A program made the position numbers and the translations under genes. DNA of 64,000 bases from Lama guanicoe. Taxonomy: Eukaryota. The DNA lies in the NCBI GenBank assembly GCA_013239625.1, contig MU054400.1:3603032-3667031 (forward strand). The letters run 5' to 3'. The notes below the pieces were generated by a model. It was not told the origin of the DNA and ran no database searches. It saw only the letters and a program-made list of their open reading frames with translations. This document shows positions 37,640-52,018 of the stretch, piece after piece. Each line of letters starts with the position of its first letter. Within the stretch, counting starts at the first letter, position 1.

Positions 37640-38298
37640 TTTGTCAATTTTATCTTTTCAGAAACTTAGTTCTTAGTTTTGTTGATCTTTTCTATTATTT
37701 TTCTCTCATTTATTTCTACTCTGATCTTCCTTCCTTCTGGTAACTTGTGCTTAATTTGTTCTTTTCATGGTTCCTTGAGGTGTAAAGTTAGATTGTTACT
37801 TGAGATCTTCTGCTTTCCTAATTATGCGTTTATCGCTATAAACCTCCCTCTCAGACCTACATTTGCAGCATCCTGTAGCTTTTTGTATGTTTTTTTCATG
37901 TTCATTTGTTTCAGGATTTCAAAAAAAAAACTCCTTTGTTTTCTTCATAAACCCATTGGTGTTCAGGAGTATGTTGTTTGGTTTCCACATATTTATAGAT
38001 TTTCCGGCTTTCCTCTTATTGATTGCTAGTTTTATAACATTGTGGTCAGAAAGGATAGTTGGTATGATTTCTGTCTTAAATTTGTTAAGATTTGTTTCGT
38101 ATTCTATCATATGATCTGTTGTGGAGAATATTCACTGTGTTTGAGAATGTTGCTCTTGGATGAAACATTCCATGTATGTCTGTTAGGTCCATCTGGTGTA
38201 ACGTGTCATCTAACTCCAATGTTTTCTTACTGATTTTTTGTGTAGATGATCTATCCATTGTTAAAAATGAGATACTGAATTCTTCCAGTGTTATTGGA
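37640..38298 (-). mobile_element. L1 ORF2 endonuclease-region fragment, opposite in orientation to the adjacent L1
   Basis: ORF 37919..38110 NLNKFKTEIIPTILSDHNVIKLAIN...WKPNNILLN. Confidence 0.88.
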
Positions 38299-38602
38299 GA
38301 AACTTGTAGTAGTGGTTCGTTCTCAAGAGATTAACTGGGGGTCACAAGTGAGCAGAAGATTCGCTTTGCATTGTGTATAACCTTTTGTTGCATTTGAAAC
38401 TTTTTCAAACTGTTGCATGGATACCTATGCAAAACTACACACCAAAAGAAAAAAAACTTCAAAATATGTAGATGTGCATATAACATTACTTATATGCATA
38501 TTGTGTTGCTTATATAACTTACTGTGACCAGTGATTATGATAGAATATTCATTAAGGCCATGTTTTTTGAGGCTTTAACAGTTGTGTTTCAACGCCTTTT
38601 TA

Positions 38603-38920
38603 TAACTTTTTTTTATTGTATTGATGTATTTATAACATGAAATTTGCCATTTTAACTGTTTTTAAATGTATAATTCGGTGGCATCAAGTACATTCACATT
38701 GTTGTGCAGCTGTCACCACTGCCCATATCCAGAACTTTTCGTCTTCCCAAATTCTACCTCCATACTCATTACACAGTAACACCCCATTTCACCCTCCTCC
38801 AGGCCCCGGGCAACCACCATTCTGCTTTCTTTCTCTAAGTTTCACTATTCTAGGTACCGTACAAAGGCAGGATCATGCAATATTTGTCCTTTTGTGTCTG
38901 GCTTATTTCAGGTAGTGTAA
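38603..38920 (-). mobile_element. L1MB/MA 3' end
   Basis: aaatttgccattttaactgtttttaa...tacattcacattgttgtgcagc...tccagaacttttcgtcttccca...tttgtccttttgtgtctggcttatttca. Confidence 0.85.
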
Positions 38921-40360
38921 CGTTACTACATTTTATAAAAGAAATCAAGTAGCCATAAGAAGTGCAGTTTAACATAACAAAACCTCAGCAGCTTCTGCAT
39001 TGTTTTCTAGAATTCCCTCCAACTTCAGGGCATCTAAAATTTATTATTTCAATAAGTCTGACTGTAAATTGCCTCTGTGACTTGGGAGAGACATGTTGCC
39101 TTAAGATGATATAACGTCTCTGTCTTTTGACTTATACATTTCCAGACCTTAGTTTTGGCATTTAATTAATTTTAGAGTAACTTTGTTAAGTTAAATCAAA
39201 GCACGTTGTTATTATAAATCTCTTACCCGCGGACCTTGTGCTGCTTGTAATAGTCTCCTGCTTGTGATCATGAGGGCAGGTTACCTACCAAGCAGTATAG
39301 TAACTGAAACACTCATAAGCCAGTGTGCCATAATGTTTTGAAAATAGTAATTGTACTTTATTATTTTATTCTTAAAAGAGTGCTAACGTGAAGAGAAAAT
39401 CATCTTGTTATGTACTGAAAAGCATTTATGTATTATGAAGTATGTTAACTGGAAGACCAAGATAGTTTTTGTACACATACAGACATGTAAAATCAGAAGA
39501 GAGTCTAGAAGTTGTCTTGCCTGATCTGTATCCAGTTTAATTCAGGAAATCTTTACTGAGCACAGCACGCAGTGGTTAGTGATGTGAATTATCTTTTCTG
39601 GGCTTAAATCGTTTAGTAGGTGCTTCAATGTAAGACAGATAAGTATAAGACAGTCTGGGAAAATGTTAGGGCAGTTTATTCTGGGGGGAGTGGATATGGG
39701 AAGGCTTCCTTTAACACTTTGTGATTTATGTTGCCATGAAATTAAATACAAACTCCTGCCTGGCTTTTATCCCCTCTCCTGTTTAACTCTTACATATGTT
39801 GAATAACGGCTTTGATCTCTTGTTACGTCTCAGTTCCTACGCACTTTTCTAGTTGGGCAAGTTACCATCTCTGGTATAGGATGGTTACAAAGTCCTTATG
39901 CATGAGATTCAACAACAGCTGAGACTTAAAAATAGCTACTAGGAACCACTTTAACTATTAACCATTAACAAGGACTGTGTCCAGAAAAACGTAGGTGGAA
40001 AATTTAAATGTGTGCAAAGAATAGAGCATACAGATAACTTCTAACTTTATGCGTAGGGATTTTGTCCCCATTCTATTTATATGCATCTATTTTTACTTCC
40101 TGAAATCAGAGAAGTTATGACTTGGAAAATTGCAGCTCCCTAAGGGAAAAGGAAAAGCAGCCATGTTATCTGAGCTCTAAGCCTTTGATATGCTTGGAAT
40201 ACTTTGTCTTAATATTTTGTCCTTTGACTAACGTATCATTTAGGTCTTTTCTTAAACTTCTGTGAAGTCTTTCATCTAATTTTTACATGGATTAGATGCT
40301 CCTGTTACATCCTGAGCTTATCCTCACTGAATTATAGTTGCTTCTGGTGTTCATCTAGAC

Positions 40361-40490
40361 CAGTGTTTCTCACTGGGGGCTCCCTAGGGACATTTAGCAG
40401 TGTCTTTATCCATGTCACGGCTAGGAGGTTGCTCCTGGCACGTAGTGGATAGAGGTCAGGGATGCTGCTAAACCTCAGCTGTGAGGACGG
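40361..40490. mobile_element. MER20 hAT-Charlie fragment
   Basis: cagtgtttctcactggggg...gggacatttagcagtgtct...gtagtggatagaggtcagggatgctgctaaac. Confidence 0.8.
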
Positions 40491-40689
40491 CTGAGTTAGT
40501 TTCAAAAGTTAATGTTGTTTTATATTGAACTTTTTAGTCTGTATAAAATTGTGTACAGAATACATTGTGTTTGTTAACCATTTCCCATTAATAGTTGCTT
40601 CTTTTCATGGTAATATAAATTTCCGTGAGTGGCCATTATCTATCTTCTACTGTGGTTTAAAGCCTAAAAATAGGTGTATTAAGAATTAA

Positions 40690-40828
40690 AGGGTGGGAGG
40701 GAAGATACAGCCCAGTGGTAGAGTGCCTGCTTAGCATGCACAAGGTCCTGGGTTCAATCCCCAGTACCTCCATTAAAAAATAAATAACTGTGTAACTATA
40801 TAAACCTCATTATCCCACCCCCCAAAAA
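40690..40828 (+). mobile_element. Vic-1-type tRNA-derived SINE (camelid)
   Basis: A box (cagcccagtggtagag), B box (ggttcaatccc), tail aaacctcattatcccacccccc-An; possible TSD aa(g/a)aattaa. Confidence 0.88.
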
Positions 40829-42382
40829 ATTAACGAACATTACTAGGAATAATTTTAGATGCATGTTAGAATGCTTTGAGAGAAAATAAGTGTAATGTAC
40901 TATGTAAATATCTGGATTCTGTGTATTTATCATTAAAGCCCAAAATGTATCCATGTTCATGTGGTAATGAAGCTGGTACTATTTTTGCCTTAGTTCTAAA
41001 TGTAGTATTGTGAATCAGAAATTCAAACTGGGATAGCGATGGCAGTCTTTCATTTTATTTTGAGCGTGCATATCTTGTCATTCAGCAAACGTGTGTCCAG
41101 TGCCTGTTAATGAACCTGGCATTTGGTGTTAGGGATCCAAGCATGGTTTTGCTTTCAAGAGAACTCAGAGACAGGGACAAAATGATGTAATCCCACTTAG
41201 ACAGTGTAATAGTGTATATAGAAAGTACCGGGGAGAGGGGGAGGGGGACCGAGGATGAGAGAGAAGTCAAGCTATACCGTATCTCCCAGGCTAAGAACAA
41301 GGGGGTATGTTTTACAGGTGGAGAAACAGTTTGTGTATAAGTAGAGAGGCATAAAAGAACATGGTATTTGTAGTCACTGTGCTTACTTATGTCTTTTAGT
41401 GCTTAGGGAATAGGGAGTTTTAAAAAATGGTTTTTGGAAAAAGGTAAAACCATGACTTACACAGATATAAAGGTGAACATGTGTTAAAGATTTTGTTAAG
41501 CTCATTAAGTAACATAACCAGACATGAAACGTTTTAAAACACACTAGTTATATGGGGTAGTGCAATACTGAAATAAATTATAAATGGAAGCAAAACTTTT
41601 TCCTATAGAGGAAGTCAGTTGAATCTCTACCAGACAGAACAGAATTTCATGTTTATCAGTTATCTGCAATTTCTAGATTTGTAAATAGCTCCCACAGTGT
41701 CTGACAGTGCATAGTTTACACTGGAGTATGACACTTTTTTCTATAAAAGTGGCAGGGATATTCAAGTTGAAAAAGACAATTTGGAGCTTTGTACTAGTGT
41801 GAAAAGGGAGATCATCAGAGGACTGAGAATGGGAAAGCAGACCTCACCCTTAGGTCTCTTGTGATAAGTTATATTATTCTGGAAGTACATTTCAGTGCCA
41901 AGTGCATTCCAGACTCATGCAGGTGGAGGTGGGGGACTGCTGTCTGCTGTTTTACATCACTATGTAGTTGAGTTTGAATTGAGTCTACAGTTCAGTGATT
42001 GAAGGAAAGATAAGCCTACACTTATCTTCCCATCTGACCTTTCTTCACAATCTCATGGTTAATAAAAGGCATTGCCCTTTTATTTATCTATTTATTTATT
42101 TATTTGAGAGACTATGTTAAATGTATTGTTTTATCCCATTCTTGGCTTGGAGCTAATTTTGAGGTAGAAACCTCTCTGTCACCACTGCCATCACCATGTA
42201 AGAAGTACAGTTTTCGATTATTGAATCTGTATGTTATTTTTAATCGTAAATTATAAATCCATTTAGAGTATATTATTAGAATTTGCAGATGCTTTTGAAA
42301 CTGGCCTTTTTATATTTAGTAGTATTTGAGGTTTAAAATTCAGAGAAATGTTGAAAATGTTACTTATTTATTTTCTTTTTAG

Positions 42383-42561
42383 ATCATCCAATTATGATGG
42401 GTTTTGAGCCCCTTGTTAATCAGAGACTACTTCCACCCACCTTCCCTCGATATGCAAAAATAATTAAAAGGGAAGAAATGGTCAACTATTTTGCAAGATT
42501 AATAGACAGAATAAAGACTGTCTGTGAGGTGGTCAATTTAACAAATTTACATTGTATCCTG
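42383..42561 (+). CDS. NAA35: NAA35 coding exon: (D)[59 protein letters not shown]
   Basis: ttttag|AT, CTG|gtaagt; 179 nt; ORF 42394..42639; phase matches the upstream exon across a 28.4 kb intron. Confidence 0.98.
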
Positions 42562-44989
42562 GTAAGTACCAATCTCTATTCTGAAGTACAACTTTTACAA
42601 CAGAATAGTTTATTATTTTTTAGAGACTCACTGTCCTAAGGGTAAATAATACTGCTCACTTATTTTCTGTGATACCTAGAGAATGAAGTGGTGTGTGTAC
42701 ATATATTTTTTTCTGTGTTTAATCCTCATAAGGCTTTTATACTATCTATTGAAGAGATTAAGAAACTAAAATACAGAGAAGTTAGGTAATTCACCCGAGT
42801 TTTGAGAATGGACATTTGAATCCTCAATTCTGTCATCAGAACCTTTTATATAAATAAATGTGTGTGTTTATGCACGCGTGCATATATACACACATACATA
42901 TTTATGAACATATCTGTAAGGTTTTTTTTTCATACAAAAATCGGATCATGGTGTTTGGTAACTTCCTTTTTTTAAATCACTAATCTCCATATCATGAACA
43001 TCTTTTCATGTGAACAAGTATACATATTTCTACATTATTTTAATGGCTACGTGGTATTCCACTGTAAGTATACACTACAGATTTTTTTTTAGTCCATTCA
43101 TATTGAATTATATTTAGGTCATTTTCAGTGTTTTACTGTTACAAACAATACTAAGATGAGTATCTTTGTTGGTGAACGTTTATATCATGTGCTTCCTTAC
43201 CCCTTAAGATAAATTGCTAAACAGTGAAGTTACTGGATGTAAAAGAGTAGGTCCATTTTTAAGCTAGCATATTTTGGATTAATATTTTTCATGAGTTAAA
43301 ATATAGAAAAACGTGGTTTATTTAGGGAATGTTAAAACATTCAGGGATGGAGTTTTGTTAATTGGTAAGGCTGTGGTGACATATATTACAATTAGGAAGG
43401 TAGAAATATGCAGAGTATTTAGATGTAAGTGCACTAGCTTGTTTTGCATGACTGTACCTAGATCTGCACTTGACTGTTGTTTCCCCTCAGTGTTCTAGCC
43501 TCCTGTCATTTCCTCTGTGAAGTGTTCCTTGTTGGTTTCAGGTTGCTTCTGCACTTGCGTTCCTTGAGATGACACGTTATCTAGTTTATATTCCTAGAAT
43601 TTAGCAGCAGCCTCTGGGGTGTAATTGATGGTCAGTAAAGATTTGTGCTTTTCTTATGCTCTTTCTTATAGTAACTTTATTTTCCTTTCCACTAATTATT
43701 TGTCGTTAAAGCCCAGCTTAAGTCTTTATTCCTCAGTGAAACTTTCACTGATTATGCCTTTATTACCTTCTTTTGTGTTTCCTTTCTTTTTAGTAGTTTT
43801 TCCTATTCTGTCATAAGAATCATAGAAATCTCAAAAGTAGAAAAGGTCATAGACATAAATCAGTTGCTGTTCATTGTACAACTAAACTAAGGTTTTGTGG
43901 GCTTTATAAACAAACTAGATGATTAGTTAGTGTCATATCTGGAATTGGAATAGAGATTTTCTTATTCTTCTTTTGCATCTACTTTTCTAATTGTATGAAT
44001 ATATATTTGTTTTGACCAGATTAATTATAAGATTTTAGAAAAGGAGAAGATCAATGTAAATTGGAATAAGAAAGTACAATGCAACAATTGGAATTTGATA
44101 TTCTGGCAGAAGATTATGGATTACTTTATCAGGGAGGTGAATGCATAATGACACACCATAATAGAGGGGAGGTGGGGGAGCCAGGCTTGGACTGCTGTCA
44201 CTGGACGTGAAGAAAGCATAGTAATGGAAGAATCTGGACCCCTGTAAGACCCGGGACACAGTGGATGTGGGGGAGTGTAACAGGGGCCAAGAGTAGAGAA
44301 GATTAGAGTTATGGAGGATAATGGACCAAATAGTCTGGTGGATCTGCATAGGAAACGTGTTATTATCAGGATAAAGTGCCAGATTCTAGAGAGTGCTTTC
44401 ACATGTCAGTAAGATAAAAATAAGCATCCCAATGAAAAATTGGAAAGGACACGAGCATATACATTTAAAAAGAAACAAACATGAAAAATGCGTAACCTCA
44501 CTAGTAATTTAAGAAATGCAACTTACAACAACTGGATTGAAAAGTGTAGTAATATTTAATACTGAAAAAGGGAATAGTCACATATGTTGTTGCATACAGA
44601 AATGGTTGTCAGAGACAAAGCCAGATTCAGCCAGATTCTTTTTTAAACGATTAACAAATACCAAAATATTAATTATGACTGTTTCTAGGTACTGGAATGC
44701 TATGTGATAGTTTATTCTTTGTGTTTTTCTGCATTTTCGAAATTTTTGGTATTTTGTATATAGAGAAAAACAACGGTAAGGAGGAGGGTAGTGACATTAG
44801 TAAAGGGAAACACATAGGTTAGGAACCCAAAAGATGATGCTTTTGACAGCTGTGGAGTAATTAGGAAGATAGCTAGTTTAAATGAAGTAAATAGTGGACT
44901 TTATAGAGTATATCATGTTACGGATATATACTAGCAATAAGAAATTGAGTACAGACGAACTGTGATAGCGAGTATGTATGTACACTGAT

Positions 44990-46600
44990 CAGTTCAGCCA
45001 ACATGCTTTTTGTGCGAGGCACTGTGCTATGGCTCGTATACAGTAATGAGCAAAAGTAGGTCATCCCGTCATCCATGTTGTCATGGGGCTCAGAGTGTAG
45101 CGTGAGATAGTAATTGATCAGATAATCATAAAAATGATCATAGAATTACAACCCGATCTGAGCAGTATGAAGGAAATGAACTAGAAGATACAGCATCTAA
45201 TGGAGGAACTGACCTAGATGATCAGAGTCTTTCTTAGAGAAGTGAAGATAAAGCTAAGATCTGATGGTTATGGAAATATTCATTTGGGACAGTAGGTGGA
45301 CAGTTCCAGGTGCAGGAAGCTGAATACTCGTCCTTGTGATGGGAAAGAACTTGATACATTTGAGGACCTAAAAGAAGAGTAGCAGAGTGGAGCATAGAGT
45401 GATGGGGATGAGGGGTTGGTGAGGCTAGAGAGGCGGGCAGGCCAGGCAATGCCATTTAAGCCACATTAGGGAGTTCAGTCTGTATCACAGAGCAAAGGAA
45501 TACCATTAGAATTTTAAGCAAGATCAGTATGGGTAGAGCAGTGACATAACTTGATTAAGAATTTGGCTGCATTGTAGAGGAAAGATTGGAAGGGACCAGA
45601 GTAAACAGAGGGGGATAAATTAGGAAATAATTTCTACAGTCCAGGAGTGAGAGGATGGTAACTTGGACTAGAAGGGTGGCAGGGAGATGATGAGATTGTC
45701 AGTGTTAGAGCTATGTGTGAGCTAAAGTTGATAGAATATTGTGATTAATTAAATAGGGGGGCATGAGAGAGCTCTCAGGAAGGCCTCTGGTTTTCTGCCT
45801 TGTAAGTCTACATGCACATATGGTGCTATTCATTGAAAGGGGGAAATTCTTGAAGGACCTTTGAGAGTCAAATGAAGGTCTTATTGAAGTAGAGTTTGAA
45901 TTTAAAGTATTTAAGTAGAGATACTGAATAGGTATTGGCTGTGTGGCTAGAGTCGAGAGTCTTGTGCCTAGAGTTATAGTTTTGGAATTCTTGCAGTATA
46001 GATAGTAATTGAAGCATAAGTTTTTATACTTCAAAACTTATGAGGAAAAAGGTATATAGAAAAGAAGGTAGTCTAGAACTAAACTTTGAACCTACAGAAC
46101 AAAGTGAAAAGTGGCCAAAGAGGAAGAAACACATAAAAGTAATTTTAAAAGTTTTTCAAGAAGGAAGGCATGCTGCTGAGAGTTCAAATGAAAGAAATGA
46201 GTAAGGTCCAAAATCGGTGTTCATGGATTTAGTAATGGGGGACAGGTGTGACTAAAGCAAAGAGCCAGGTTGCATGTGTTGACAGTGAGTGGGGGTCGAG
46301 TTAAGTAGAGATGGTGGGTGCAGCCAGCTCCTTCAGAAAGTTTGGCTGAGAAGGCAGCAGTTGAGAGGAAAGTGGGGGATCATGTGATGATCTTCTTTTC
46401 TTTAAAGAGAAGAGAAATTTGACTGTTTAGTTGAAAATGGGAATGATCTGATAGAGAGGAAGAATATTAATACCTAGGAGAGCAAAGGATGACTGACAGT
46501 GTGTCATGTTTGTGAAAAAGTCAGAAGGAATGGAGTCCTTAGTACAAGTGGAGGACGTCTGTTGTTAAAGTGGACAAGGAGGGGGTCTAGGTGCAGATGT
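44990..46600 (-). mobile_element. L2 relic
   Basis: aggcactgtgcta...gttccagg...ttgatacatttgaggacc...tagtccagg-like...gatggtaacttggacta...catggatttagtaat. Confidence 0.7.
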
Positions 46601-47127
46601 GGGAATGGTTAGCGGTTTAGAGGCTGAAGTTAAGGGATTTCCTTTGGGGCAGATTATTTTAATTTTCTTGGTGATACGGAATAGGAGAATCTCTGGTGCA
46701 GAATATTCACCTTGAGGAGTGTGTACAAGGTGTAAAAATTGTGAATAAAGAATGTGAAATCAGTTTGCCTGGTTACTTGGTTATTTATTTCTGTGAAATA
46801 GACAGGAAACCTCTGTCACTAGTAAATTATTATTGATACTATTATTTTCATGACGTACAAATTTTATATTAGTACCCACATAATACTATTATTGATCAGT
46901 TTGTTAAAAAAAATTTTTTTTAGGCTCTAAAATTGTCCATTGTTCCGTTCATACAATTAGATAATTCTTATAGAAATGATCTTTAGCTGTTTGGCATATT
47001 TTAACTCTGATAGTGTATCATTCCCAGAAGGTCTAATAAAAAATTACTCTCTGTATGCAAACATTTTCAGCTTTTATTTAATCTATTAATAGATGAATAA
47101 CATTACTTTTTTCTGTGTATTTATTAG

Positions 47128-47187
47128 GACTTTTTCTGTGAATTTAGTGAACAGTCACCTTGTGTTCTTTCAAGATCTCTATTACAA
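47128..47187 (+). CDS. NAA35: NAA35 coding exon: DFFCEFSEQSPCVLSRSLLQ
   Basis: attag|GAC, CAA|gtaagt; 60 nt. Confidence 0.97.
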
Positions 47188-47339
47188 GTAAGTTCCACTT
47201 AGTTTTGAAATATTTCTTTAAACATCAAATAATGTGTACTGACGTTTGATTGATTGATGGAACAAAAGATAGATGCTTTTAAAGGCTATTCCACAGATAG
47301 TGTTATTTTTTTTAATAGAAGTATTGACTTAACAGTGTT

Positions 47340-49885
47340 AGACACTCATCAGTATTATATTCTGGGTCATAAAACAAACCTTAATAATTAAAAAAAATAA
47401 AATCATACAAAGTATGCCCTCTGACTATTTTGGAATTGAATTAGTAATCAATAAGAGAAGTGTTTGGAAAATTCTCCAAATATTTGGAAATTCACACACT
47501 TCTAAAAAAAACCCTTGAATCAAAGAGGAAGAATTGAGAGAAATTAGAGAATATTTTGAACTGAATGAAAATGAAAATATCAGAATTTGTGGGATACAAT
47601 TAAAGCAGTGTTTAGAGGGAAATTTATACAGTTAAATGTTCATGTGAAAAAGGAAGAAAGGTCTGAAATTATACTTTAAGCTTCTACTTTAAAAAAAATA
47701 GAAAAAGAAAAGCAACTCAAACTAGAAGGATATACCAAAGATCAAAGCAGAAATGAGTAGAACAGGAAAGAGACAAGCAGTAGGGAAAGTCAGTGCAGCC
47801 GAAAGCTGCTTCAGGAGAAAGAGAATTCAGATGAACAGTGTCAGCAATTAGTACAGACCCTACTCACAATAAAAGAAGAATATGGGAATATTACAGACAA
47901 CTCTATGTCCATAAATTGAAAAAGTTAAATGGACCAGTTTCATGAGGGCCGCTACCAAAACCCACGCAAGAAGAAATGGGTACCTTGAATAATCTTGAAT
48001 CTGTCGAAGAAATTGAGTCTGTACTTAAAACCCTTCCAACAAAACTCCAGGCCGATTCTACACCATCTCCTTCCAAAAAAGCAGCAAGCACACTCATTAT
48101 ATGACACCTGCATTACCTCAATACCAAAACTGAAGACATTTCAAGCTAAAAAAAACTGTAGACCCATATCCCTTATGAACGGAGGCATAAAAGTCTTAAA
48201 GTATTTTCAGATCAAATCCAGCAATATATGGAAAAGGAGAATACATCATGACCAAGTGGGTTTTATCCCAGGAATGCAAAGCTGGTTCAAAGTTTGAAGT
48301 GTAATTTACGATACACTCTGAAGTCTCAATAGATTCGGGGAAACCATTTGACAAAAATCAACATCCATTCATGATCAAAACTCTCAGCAAAATTAGGGAA
48401 ATAGAAGAAAACTTCCTTAACCTGGTGGAGGGCATGTACAACAGACTTAGCGCTAACATCCTACTTAATGATGGAAGGTTAAATTCTTTCCTCCTGTGAT
48501 TGGGAAGAAAGCAAGGCTGTCCACTCTTACCACTCCACTCTTACCATAGAACTGGAAATCTTAGCCAGTGGCAAAAGGCAGGAAAAGAGATAAAAGGCTT
48601 ACAGTTGAGCAAGGAAGAAATACTGTTTCCTTACAGAGACATGATTTTCTGTATAGAGTACCAAGGAACCTACAAAGAAGTCCTAGACCTGATGGATGAG
48701 TTTAACAAGCTCACAGGACATGAGGCCAATATACAGAAAGCAGGTATATTTCTATGTGCTTGCAATGAACAATGCAAATCAAAAACTTGAAAACAGTACT
48801 GTTTACAGTAACATTAAGAATGAGATATTAGGTCTAACACCTGTTTGTAGGACCTGCATACTGAAAAAGGACAAAGTACTGATGAAAGACATCAAAGAAG
48901 ACTTAAATAAATGGAGAGAAATACCTTGCTTGTTTGTTCATTGGAAGAATTGTTATTTTTTAAGATATCAGCTCTCCCCAAAATTGATCTGCAGATTCAA
49001 ATCAATCCCCAAATCACAGCAGAAATTTTTGTAGGTGTCAACAGGCTGCTTCTAAAAACTATGTGGAAAGGCAGAGGAACTACTATAACCAAAACAACTT
49101 TGAGAAAAAAGAACAAGGTTGGGGAACTCAACAGTACCTGACCACAAGACAGGTGTGCTGTTGGCAAATCGATGGACATGGATCAGGGGAACCGAGGAGC
49201 ACACCCAGAGAAGCCCTGTTCTTTAACCAGTCTTTTGTTACATAGCACTATATGTGAGACAATAAAACTTTTGGGAGAAAGGGTAGGCAGGAATCTTTTG
49301 TGACTTCGGGGAAGGTAGAGAATTCCAAGGTATAAAATCAAAAGCAAAATCCATAAAAAATAATGCCAAGCTGATAAATTTGAAACTTTAATTCTGTAGA
49401 AGACACTGTTAAGGAAATGAAGACTCCACAGAGTAGGAACAAGTATTTGCCAGTGATGTCTGACAAGGGATTTGTCTAGAACATATAAAGAACTCAGTAA
49501 ATATTACACTAAGAAAATGGACAACCCAGTTTTTAAAATGGGTAAAAAAAAAATCAGTATGAAAAGATACTCAGCATTATTAGTATTAGGGAAATGCAAA
49601 ATAAAACCCTGATGAAATACCATTATTCGCCTATCAGAATCTTTAAATTAATAAAAAAGGAAATAAGAAAGAAAAACTGAAAGTACAAAGCACTGAGGAG
49701 GATGCGTTGCTATAGTGACTTTGGAAAACAATAGCAGATTGTTATAAAAATAAATATACAAATCTGATTCTTGCTTGTTTACCCAAGAGAAGTAGAATCT
49801 GCCATTGACTTAAAAACCTGTATGCATGCGAATGTTTAAAGCTGTTTGGTTCATGATCACCAAAAACTGGAAACAATCCAAATGT
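47340..49885 (+). mobile_element. Old L1 ORF2/3' relic (~2.5 kb), sense orientation
   Basis: ORF-track fragments RPISLMN...[44 protein letters not shown]. Confidence 0.9.
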
Positions 49886-50446
49886 GTTAGGAAATCAAGT
49901 AAGGTATGGTGTAGTAAATATTAAAATAATTGTGGTCATTAAGGAAAGAAAATTAAATGCAAATTATTAAATAATAATGTATGTACATTAATTTGTTTTA
50001 AATATATTTTTTCCAATTTCAGGAAGTTTATATTCCAAAGTGTTGATTAGAGATAAAGATTATCAACTAGCTTAGTATTTGCAACCATGAAATATTTCAT
50101 AATTTATGAAACTCTTTCTTGTATCTTAGCTCATTTGATACATTCAGACTAGTCAGTTCATTTTCACTAGTTCAGTGTAACTACTCTGAACTTGAGAGAT
50201 TGTTTTTGTGCACATTTTTTGTGCTCCTGCATCCGAATACATCTTAAATAGGGATTAACAAGCAGTACCCATTGTGGAGGCAGTGGTTTATGTAACTTTT
50301 TCACCAACTTTGTACATTTTAATTTCTCTTGCATTTTGTGGCATTTATAAGAAGTATGCTCATGTCACAGTAATGGCAGCTGCATCACACGTACAACATG
50401 TCAAGATTGTGACAGCATTACTAATACATATAACATTTGTTTTAAG

Positions 50447-50553
50447 ACCACTTTCCTGGTGGATAACAAAAAGGTCTTTGGAACCCATCTCATGCAAGAC
50501 ATGGTAAAAGATGCACTTCGGTCTTTTGTCAGTCCTCCGGTGCTCTCCCCAAA
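50447..50553 (+). CDS. NAA35: NAA35 coding exon: [36 protein letters not shown]
   Basis: tttaag|ACC, AAA|gtaagt; 107 nt, ends phase 2. Confidence 0.97.
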
Positions 50554-51951
50554 GTAAGTTCATTGCATGATAGTCTGTAAATGTTTTTCCACTGTGTTAA
50601 AATTTTCAGTGTTACATGTGAGAAATTTGATGCTGATCTGATTCTTTTTTTCCTCTATGAGTGTTTTGACACTTCATTTTGAAGGATTGTAGACTGTCTC
50701 TTTATTTTAGGAGTTTTACCACAATGTGCATGTGTGATTTTCAACTATTTCCTATCTGGAAATGAGTCTTTAAAAGCCTCAAGTCTTCAGATCAGATCAT
50801 TTTTTCCCATGCTGTTATCTGTTTAATTACTACCTCACCTTCATCTTTTAAAGAGCTCCTTATATACTGTATCTTGTAGATTTTCCCCCTGTATTCCTGT
50901 GACATTTATCTCTTTTTTTTGCTGTGTTATGAGAAATTCTTCCTCTTGATCTTCAAGGCTATTCTGACCATCTTTCATCTACTAAGTTTTTTAAATTTGA
51001 AAATCCTAACTTTCAAATCCAGAGGGTTTTTTTTTTTAATGCTCTATTTTTGTCACCTTAAGTAATTTTCTTACTTTGGACCTTCCAGCACTTCTGTTTT
51101 AAACATTGCCACCTATTCCAGGTGTCCACCTTTTCTTTATTCTGGCTGCTGCAAGCCATTTTCTGTTGTGTGATCACGGCTCTGTTTATCTTTGAGGCTC
51201 TGGTTATGCTCAGTTATGGCAAACACTTAGGAGTAGCAAGTTGTCAGCTCCTGTCAGTGCACCAGGACAAAATCTGCTTCTTCCCATCTCCTTAGATGCA
51301 AAGGCTACTGTCCTCCCACCTCAGGGAAAGGAAAAAAATCTTTCCATCTGTTCACCCCTTGTATTTCCTCCAGGGCCAGGCAGGTAGCAGACCCTCCCAC
51401 ACTGCTCAGGAAGGCCTTTCTCAAGAAGTGATGCTTTTAACTGAGATAAGGAGCACCACAGGGAAACCACTTTATGAGGACAGAAAATGAGGTGTCAGCG
51501 GGATGTATAGGTGATGACTTTGGCCTCTGGTTGGAAATATGGGTACATCTTGAACAAATTCAGGTTTTGTGCACTATTTTCTTTATAACTACTACTGTGA
51601 GCGCAGTCCAGGGAGGCTATCAGCTAGAGGGGAACAGATGATACTGAAGTAGGATCAGGAAGGAGTGGAGCTTTGGGATTTTCCTTCTTTCCTTGTTGAT
51701 TTTATTAGATCCAACTCTTAATTGTCCAAATACAGAGCTAATTGGAAATACTGCACATTAGTTGTGTGAAGAACAAATAGTGTAAATATTTCCTAATCTA
51801 ATGCTAGTACTCTTCAACTTAGTAGTGTATGTGGTTCCATTTTCTCGTTTTTCACCTTCCCTGTGTGTTGGTAGTGCCTATAGTAACCACTGCTGCTTTT
51901 TTAGGCCAAATGGTTTAGTTTGAATAAAAAGAATATTGCATTATCTTACAG

Positions 51952-52018
51952 GTGCTGCCTGTATAATAATCACCAGGCTAAGGACTGTATCGATTCCTTT
52001 GTTACTCACTGTGTTCGG
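51952..52018 (+). CDS. NAA35: NAA35 coding exon: (K)[22 protein letters not shown]
   Basis: tacag|G, CGG|gtaaga; 67 nt. Confidence 0.97.

Noticed and set aside
40700..40780. tRNA-like sequence with A and B boxes
   Set aside because: It has a SINE tail, imperfect stems and a second diverged copy at 37200-37310, so it is a SINE and not a tRNA gene.
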